NCBI GenBank assembly: GCA_963760525.1
Contig: CAVXDT010000005.1
Span: 23,628 to 87,627, forward strand
Source of the DNA: Nitrososphaeria archaeon
GTDB taxonomy: Archaea > Thermoproteota > Nitrososphaeria > JACIWG01
Direction: 5' to 3'
Length of the DNA stretch: 64,000 nucleotides
Shown here: piece after piece, positions 58,137 to 64,000 of the stretch
How the letters are laid out: each line of letters starts with the position of its first letter
How positions within the stretch are numbered: the first letter of the stretch is position 1
Program-made: the position numbers and the translations under genes
The notes under the pieces: model-generated
What the model was told of the DNA's origin: nothing
Database searches by the model: none
The model's input: the letters and a program-made list of their open reading frames with translations, nothing else

Positions 58137-60353
58137 TTGAAGGTTAAAAGCTTGAACACAGAAGGTAGCTACCAAACTCATGCCCAATGCGGCATATTTG
58201 GCATTGTAATCGGGGAAAACCTCCAGCTGTCGGTTCCTGAGCTTATGGGGACAATGAACAATATGTTCAAGCTTTCAGAGTCGCGGGGCAAAGAAGCGTC
58301 GGGGATCGCTGTGAGGGTTAATCAGTCAATTTACGTTTTCAAGGAGCCTGTTTCCTCGTCTGAACTGATCAAATCGGCAGAGTATCACAATCTCTTCAGG
58401 ACCGTAATTAAGAGTGAGGGCTACGTGGAGGGCTGTCTTAAGGCTCCTCTGGTTATTTTTGGCCACTCCCGTTTGGCGACCAATGGACCTAGTGGAATGA
58501 ATTCTAATAATCAACCCGTGGTTAAAGATGGTGCCGTAGGGGTTCACAACGGGATAATTGTTAATGATGGGGAACTTTGGAAATCGTTTCCAGTGCTTGA
58601 AAGGAAGTATGATGTGGACACGGAGGTTTTTCTCAGTCTCTTGCAGATGTTTAGGAAGCAGGATGAATCTTTTGTGAGCGCTGTTAGGCGTGTATTTGAG
58701 TGTATTGAGGGCTCAGCGTCTGTGGCTGTGCTGTTTGAGGATGCTGACGCCGTCTTGCTTGCGACTAACACGGGTTCCCTGTATATGTGCTTGAGCCACA
58801 GTGGAAAAGTGTTAATTTTTGCTTCGGAAAAATACATTCTCGGACAGATTATCAGCGCTAGACATATGACGAACCTTTTTGACCCCAACGCGATCGTTCA
58901 GGTCAAGGCAGGGCAGGGATGCCTGCTTGATCTCGTTACAATGACAGAGAGCATGTTTGCTCTGAAAGACGGGGAAACTGGCAACATTTCAGAACCGATG
59001 ATACCTCTGAGTGCTAAAATTGTCGAGCTTTATGACCCTAAAGCCAGTATGAGCTCTCCTAGTATGGATCTTTACGCGCTTAGGGATGATGTTAAACAGT
59101 CTATGATGAAGACTTGGGAGGATCTATATTCTGGTGTAATTAGTCTGCGGCGATGCTCTAGGTGTCTTCTGCCTGAGACGATGCCTTTCATCGGTTTTGA
59201 CGAGGAGGGGGTCTGCAACTATTGTAGGGACTATGAACATAGAGGTAGCTTTCTGAAAGGGGAGAAAGCATTAGAAGAGTATATCTCAAAGTATAGGAGT
59301 GCTTCTGGTGAGCCGGATTGCATCATAGGTTTCAGCGGTGGCAGAGATAGTTCCTATGGATTGGACTATTTCAAAAACCGTTTGGGGATGCATCCCATTA
59401 CTTTCACTTATGACTGGGGTATGGTTAATGATCTTGCGCGCAGAAACCAAGCACGTGTCATCGGAAAGTTAGGCATTGAACAGATCGTGGTTTCTGCTGA
59501 TATTAACTGGAAGAGGAAGAACATCCACAGGAATTTGAAGGCTTGGCTTAAGAAGCCTGACTTGGGCATGGTTCCTCTGCTGATGGCTGGGGATAAGCAG
59601 TTCTACTACTATTTCCATAAGGTGCGCAATCAGACTGGGGTTAAGTTGTTCGTTTTCTGTGGTGGTTATGAAGCTGAGGAGGGCACTGGTCTCTTCAAGT
59701 ATGGTTTCTGCAATGTGAGTCAGGGTAGCAAGAATGCTTTGAAGAGGATGACTGGAATATCGTTGGTTGACAAGCTGAAGATGATATATTATTACATGAA
59801 GCAGTATGTTAGGAATCCATCCTACATTAACAGGTCAATATTAGACACTTTGTTTGCGTTCTATTCCTCGTACATACTGCGTGATGATTACCTGTATTTG
59901 TATCATTACTTGGATTGGGATGAGAATAAGATTCTTTCGCATATAGTTGAGAAGTTTAATTGGGAGCGAGAGACTGACACGATAGCAACTTGGCGCATAG
60001 ATGATGGTACCGCTCCGTTCTATAACTATATTTACATGACTATGGCAGGCTTTACGGAATTTGATATATTCAGAAGCCACCAGATACGCGAAGGCAAACT
60101 GAGCAGAGTAGAAGCCTATAATCTTGTGAAAGAAGAGAACAGGCCTCGCTTCAAATCAATCGAATGGTACGGTCAAGCAATAGACTTTGACATGAACAGA
60201 GCCATTGAGATAATCAATTCAGCACCGAAACTTTACCGAAAAGCTTCAGGGAAGAAAGATGTTTCTCAGGATGGCGCAGCAGGGTTTAAGGAGAGTCAAG
60301 AGCTTTCGGCTTCGACGTTAACAATACAGGATAAGGTAAATTCTACACCTTGA
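58137..60353 (+). CDS. fusion of a class II (Ntn) glutamine amidotransferase domain with a WbuX/WbpG/PseA-type N-acetyl-sugar amidotransferase (PP-loop)
   Basis: The N-terminal part has QCGIFGIV, GHSRLATNG and VGVHNGIIVN. The C-terminal part has RCSRCLLPETMPFIGFDEEGVCNYCRDYE (Zn ribbon) and IGFSGGRDSSYG (PP-loop). Confidence 0.8.
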   Translation: MKVKSLNTEGSYQTHAQCGIFGIVIGENLQLSVPELMGTMNNMFKLSESRGKEASGIAVRVNQSIYVFKEPVSSSELIKSAEYHNLFRTVIKSEGYVEGCLKAPLVIFGHSRLATNGPSGMNSNNQPVVKDGAVGVHNGIIVNDGELWKSFPVLERKYDVDTEVFLSLLQMFRKQDESFVSAVRRVFECIEGSASVAVLFEDADAVLLATNTGSLYMCLSHSGKVLIFASEKYILGQIISARHMTNLFDPNAIVQVKAGQGCLLDLVTMTESMFALKDGETGNISEPMIPLSAKIVELYDPKASMSSPSMDLYALRDDVKQSMMKTWEDLYSGVISLRRCSRCLLPETMPFIGFDEEGVCNYCRDYEHRGSFLKGEKALEEYISKYRSASGEPDCIIGFSGGRDSSYGLDYFKNRLGMHPITFTYDWGMVNDLARRNQARVIGKLGIEQIVVSADINWKRKNIHRNLKAWLKKPDLGMVPLLMAGDKQFYYYFHKVRNQTGVKLFVFCGGYEAEEGTGLFKYGFCNVSQGSKNALKRMTGISLVDKLKMIYYYMKQYVRNPSYINRSILDTLFAFYSSYILRDDYLYLYHYLDWDENKILSHIVEKFNWERETDTIATWRIDDGTAPFYNYIYMTMAGFTEFDIFRSHQIREGKLSRVEAYNLVKEENRPRFKSIEWYGQAIDFDMNRAIEIINSAPKLYRKASGKKDVSQDGAAGFKESQELSASTLTIQDKVNSTP

Positions 60354-60418
60354 ACGTGCTAGCTAGTTATTGCTCTACGCTTCTTAGGAAACTGCTGGAT
60401 AGGAGAATAAATTAAGTT

Positions 60419-61613
60419 TTGAACGTACTAATTGTGGCACAATTCTTTCCACCTGACTTGGGTGGTTCAGCAACACGCGTGTACAATGTAGCCAAAGGAC
60501 TGGTCCTTAACGATTGCAGGGTCACTGTTGTCACAGCATTTCCACACTATCCTCAAGGGAGAATATCCAGAGAATATAGGTGGAAGCCTTTGAAGATTGA
60601 GATGCTAGGTAAGATCAGAGTTATCAGAACATTTCAGCTGCCACTAGCATCAAAAGGAATTGTGAAAAGGTTGATCTTAAAAGGCGTCTTCGTGATAACT
60701 TCCCTATTTGCCATGCCAATTGTGGGTCATGTTGACTCGGTTTGGGCTTCCAGCTGGGTTTCGGGAACACTATTTGCTCAGATAAAAAGAAAACCTATTG
60801 TTCTAAATGTTGATGATCTTGATCTTGAAGATATGTCAGATCTAAAGCTATCAAGAGAGGATTCAATAATCATCAAATTAGCCAGAATAGTGTACAAGTC
60901 TGTTCTACCTAAAGGGGGATGCAATAACACCAATCAGTCCAGGTTACGTCAGTAAAATCGTAAACAAATATGGTGTGCCAAAGGAACGGATTCAAGTGAT
61001 CAAAGGCGGTGTTGATCTAACAATATTCAAGCCTGAACCTATCCATCATAGCACTAATGAGAAATTCATCGTACTTTACTCGGGAGCATTTTCTGTTGCT
61101 TATGACTTTGAACAAGTTCTCAAAGCTGCTAAGAGCTTGAAAGAAGATAAAGCAATCGAATTCATACTTCAAGGAAAAGGCGAACTCATAGATCAAATAA
61201 GGTCAATGATCAGAGAATTGGACCTAAAAAATGTAAAAGTAATAGATAAGATATTGAGTAGAGAGGAAGTGTCAAGGCTACTAAACGAAGCTGATGTTCT
61301 GCTTCTTCCTCTACGGGACTTCGGAAAACCCTATCTTGGAATATCATCAAAGCTCTACGAATATCAAGCAGTTGGAAAGCCAATAATCTGTTGTGCTAGT
61401 GGGATGCCAGCATCCTATGTTTTGGAAACAAAATCAGGAATTGTAGTCGAACCTGGTGATTATGTCACTTTAGCTAAGTCTATACGTTATCTGAAAGAAG
61501 ACCATAACGCTGCAATTGAAATGGGACAAAGAGGAAGAGTTTATGTCGAAGAAAATCTTTCTATTGAAAGGATTGGTCAAAGTATGAAAAGTCTTTTTGA
61601 ACATATTTCCTGA
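60419..61613 (+). CDS. GT4 family glycosyltransferase, frameshift at a G5 run near 60925
   Basis: The N-terminus has VAQFFPPDLGGSATRV. Removing one G from AAAGGGGGA gives KGDAITPISPGYVSKIVNKYGVPKERIQV, joining the two ORFs. The C-terminal domain has LPLRDFGKPYLGISSKLYEYQAVGKPII. Confidence 0.85.
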
Positions 61614-61626
61614 AAACAGAAATCCA

Positions 61627-62373
61627 TTGCGATCACCGAGTAAGGCAATAATCCTTGCAGCAGGTATGAGTAGTAGATTACGTTCAGTGACGGCTTCACC
61701 CAAGACGCTGTTAAGTTTTGGTTCCCACACGCTCCTAGATAGAATATTGCTCTCTTGTAGGAAGGCTAGCATATTTAGGATTGTTATTGTTGTAGGCTAC
61801 CGAGCAGAAGAGATTGAACATCACTTAGAAAAGAATGAGAGCATAATAAAGGGTCTAAACATGAAAATTATTTACAATCCGGAATATGAAAAAACAAACA
61901 ATATCTATTCTTTTTGGCTTGCGAAGGAAGAGATGAATGAGGATTTTGTCCTATTTAACTCTGATGTCCTCTTCCACGAAGGAATCATTGACAAAGTAGC
62001 TAATAGCAACAAAAATTCATTTTTGTTAATAGATGATAAGAAGAAGTTAGGGGTGGAAGATATGAAGGTCATCCTGAACGATTCTGGGTTTGTGACAGAT
62101 ATTTCAAAGACAATTGACCCTAGGCTCGGCAATGGCGAATATATTGGCATTGCAAGATTCTCCGATCAAGAAGTTATAGGAAGGATTTTGTCAAAATGCA
62201 GATTGTTGCTTGATGCGAATAGCGTAGGCGTATTTTACGAAGAAGCACTTAGGCTCCTATCCGTCGAAGAGCCTTGTATTCAAGGATTAAGTACTGATGG
62301 TTTGCCTTGGATAGAAATTGATACCCCTAAAGATTATGAGAAAGCAAAAACGATAGCTAATAAGATGAAATAG
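61627..62373 (+). CDS. sugar/alcohol-phosphate nucleotidyltransferase (LicC/MobA-like NTP transferase)
   Basis: KAIILAAGMSSRL...PKTLL, NNIYSFWLA, LFNSDVLF, GEYIGIARFS. The start is uncertain (TTG at 61627 or 61597). Confidence 0.75.
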   Translation: MRSPSKAIILAAGMSSRLRSVTASPKTLLSFGSHTLLDRILLSCRKASIFRIVIVVGYRAEEIEHHLEKNESIIKGLNMKIIYNPEYEKTNNIYSFWLAKEEMNEDFVLFNSDVLFHEGIIDKVANSNKNSFLLIDDKKKLGVEDMKVILNDSGFVTDISKTIDPRLGNGEYIGIARFSDQEVIGRILSKCRLLLDANSVGVFYEEALRLLSVEEPCIQGLSTDGLPWIEIDTPKDYEKAKTIANKMK

Positions 62374-62485
62374 ATGAATCTGTATCTCAAACATATGATG
62401 GTAACATAGACTCATAATATTATAGATATTTTGTTAATTCTTGCTGTCACAACTGATTTCTAAATTAGGAAAAAAGGAGCCTAGG

Positions 62486-64000
62486 ATGGTTACGATTATT
62501 CTCATATGTATAGAATGTATGACGGAATTTTTGGATTATATTTTTCATAAGGACAGTAAGATAATAGTTTTTGGTTCTAATACGGGACAATATGCTTCAG
62601 GTTCGTCAAAAGCCTTGTTCGATTATATTAAGAGAAAAAATACTAAATACAAGATCTATTATTATGAACCTTTTAAGAAATCCTTAAGCCTAAATTCTAG
62701 GATACAATATATTGTCAGTTTCGTTCCTATTTTTTTTAGAGCGAGTTTTCTGGTTAGTACTCATCCACCTTCAGATTTCATTCCATACTTATCATGGTCC
62801 AGAAGGAAAGTGTTTGTTAATGTGTGGCATGGTACTCCTTTCAAATCCATTTTCTTTGCAGATAAGAGTGAAACAAAACTAGATCTATATAGACTTTCGA
62901 GACTCAACAATAGGACATCTGCTTTCATTGTTTCATCAAACTTAGAGGCCAAGTTGATTAAGAAATGTTTTCTTATAGATTCCAAGAAAATCTATTGTCT
63001 AGGGCACCCAAGAAATGACATATTACTGAAAATAGAGCATTCCAAAACTCTTTCTAATCTCATCAAGAATATCCCTGAATACAATAAAGTAATTCTGTAT
63101 TGCCCGACTTATCGCGAGAGCAACAATGCATCTTTTTTTCCTTTTAGTGACCTTGATTTGGAGCATCTGAATCGCTACTTAAAAGAAAATAAGATGCTTA
63201 TCCTTATTAGGGCGCATTATTATGATCAGAAGCTCGACAATCGTTTCTTCTCTGAAAGAATAATCTATTTTGGTTTTGATGTGTGCGAAGATATTAACCC
63301 CATCTTGCCTGAAGTGGATATTCTCGTTACCGATTATTCTTCCATCTACATTGACTACCTGCTCATCGACAGACCCATGATTTTTATCCCATATGATCTA
63401 GAGAATTATAAGGCAAACAGAGGCATTCTCTTGGAATATGAATCATGGACACCAGGTCCTAAGGTCCTTACATATAGAGAATTAATCCAAGCAATTGAAG
63501 AGATAATATCGGGAAAGGACAAATACAGCAATTGGAGAAACGTCTTAAGTAGACAATTTCATTCTTGTCAGACCAACAACTCTTGTGAAAAAGTCTCCAA
63601 ATTAATTGATAAATGGAAATCAAATAATACTTCAATGGAAATCCCAAACAATACATCAATAAAAATACTGCAAGTTTGCCATTCATTCTACCCTTGTCTT
63701 GCTGCTGGCGGAGTGGTAAGGGTTTCACTTGAAATGTCTAGAAACCTAGTAAAAAGAGGCCATCTAGTTACAGTTTACACAACAGATGGCTGTACAAAAA
63801 GACTGAAGGTACCTAAGAATCGTCTAGTTGACGTAGAAGGTATCAAAACATACTACTTTAGTAATCTATCCAATTGGCTAAGGGAAAGTCTAAAGGTCGC
63901 AACTCCTTTCTACTGGTTTGTCACAGCAGATAATGATTTTAAGCATTCTGATGTAGTGCATATTCATGAATTCACTACAATGTTGTCAATACTTGCTTAT
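62486..64000 (+). CDS. TagF-like CDP-alcohol phosphotransferase domain fused in frame to a GT4 N-terminal domain (partial, open at the window end)
   Basis: My codon-by-codon reading from the ATG at 62486 to 64000 found no stop. This ORF is absent from the supplied track. TagF-type motifs are VWHGTPFK, VILYCPTYRE and DILVTDYSSIYIDYLLIDRPMIFIPYDLENYKANRGILLEYESWTPGPKV. From about 63655, IKILQVCHSFYPCLAAGGVVRVSLEMSRNLVKRGHLVTVYTTDG is a GT4 N-terminus. Confidence 0.8.
   Translation, partial: MVTIILICIECMTEFLDYIFHKDSKIIVFGSNTGQYASGSSKALFDYIKRKNTKYKIYYYEPFKKSLSLNSRIQYIVSFVPIFFRASFLVSTHPPSDFIPYLSWSRRKVFVNVWHGTPFKSIFFADKSETKLDLYRLSRLNNRTSAFIVSSNLEAKLIKKCFLIDSKKIYCLGHPRNDILLKIEHSKTLSNLIKNIPEYNKVILYCPTYRESNNASFFPFSDLDLEHLNRYLKENKMLILIRAHYYDQKLDNRFFSERIIYFGFDVCEDINPILPEVDILVTDYSSIYIDYLLIDRPMIFIPYDLENYKANRGILLEYESWTPGPKVLTYRELIQAIEEIISGKDKYSNWRNVLSRQFHSCQTNNSCEKVSKLIDKWKSNNTSMEIPNNTSIKILQVCHSFYPCLAAGGVVRVSLEMSRNLVKRGHLVTVYTTDGCTKRLKVPKNRLVDVEGIKTYYFSNLSNWLRESLKVATPFYWFVTADNDFKHSDVVHIHEFTTMLSILAY

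Overview
This window reads as an archaeal chromosomal segment, probably TACK/Thermoproteota and possibly Nitrososphaeria-like. The evidence is an ESCRT-III/CdvB homologue, TrpB2, a tungsten AOR family gene, AAAGGTTTAT-type BRE/TATA boxes 25-40 nt upstream of start codons, and Thr-rich stalked surface proteins including a cupredoxin. I call about 70 genes.

Gene content from left to right:
- 1-17 kb: mixed metabolism and transport. This includes a class B radical SAM gene plus a membrane partner, a decayed ferredoxin+AOR operon, MFS, aldo/keto reductase, Usp, an NAD-kinase-like gene, TrpB2, SMP-30, MgsA, SDR, and an ECF-S-like plus DUF4430-like pair.
- 17-25 kb: a surface-protein cluster with Thr-rich stalks, a cupredoxin and a G1-type glutamic peptidase. 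EamA, PH-domain and S2P protease genes also lie here.
- 25-53 kb: accessory-looking DNA. It holds two ABC-2 exporters (one decayed), ZIP, GNATs, a tandem Lrp/AsnC regulator, CdvB, two VapBC loci, a URO-D family gene, RidA, Isf, SatP, and a BtrH_N/DUF4872 plus flavodoxin pair.
- 54-64 kb: a glycan cluster. It contains GT2, two SDR epimerase/dehydratases, WecB, a GATase-II::WbuX-type amidotransferase fusion, GT4, a LicC-like nucleotidyltransferase and a TagF-like::GT4 ORF that runs off the window end.

I saw no rRNA, tRNA, CRISPR array, transposase or integrase.

Most noteworthy observations:
1. A family of at least 5 secreted proteins plus 2 orphan remnants share a C-terminal P-x-VGG(E/S)L motif, a TM helix and a Lys/Arg tail. 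That is the architecture of a sortase/archaeosortase-type signal, and I cannot match the motif to a named one.
2. A 400-bp non-coding region carries ten phased (T/C)ATATGTT boxes plus TTTTAGCGGTC-type repeats. It lies next to a putative RHH/Zn-ribbon gene.
3. The glycan cluster contains a teichoic-acid-like module and an unusual amidotransferase fusion.
4. Many genes are frameshifted, and the breaks I could localise lie in or next to short homopolymer runs. Assembly error and real decay cannot be separated from sequence alone.

All family assignments come from motif recognition by eye. No searches were run.
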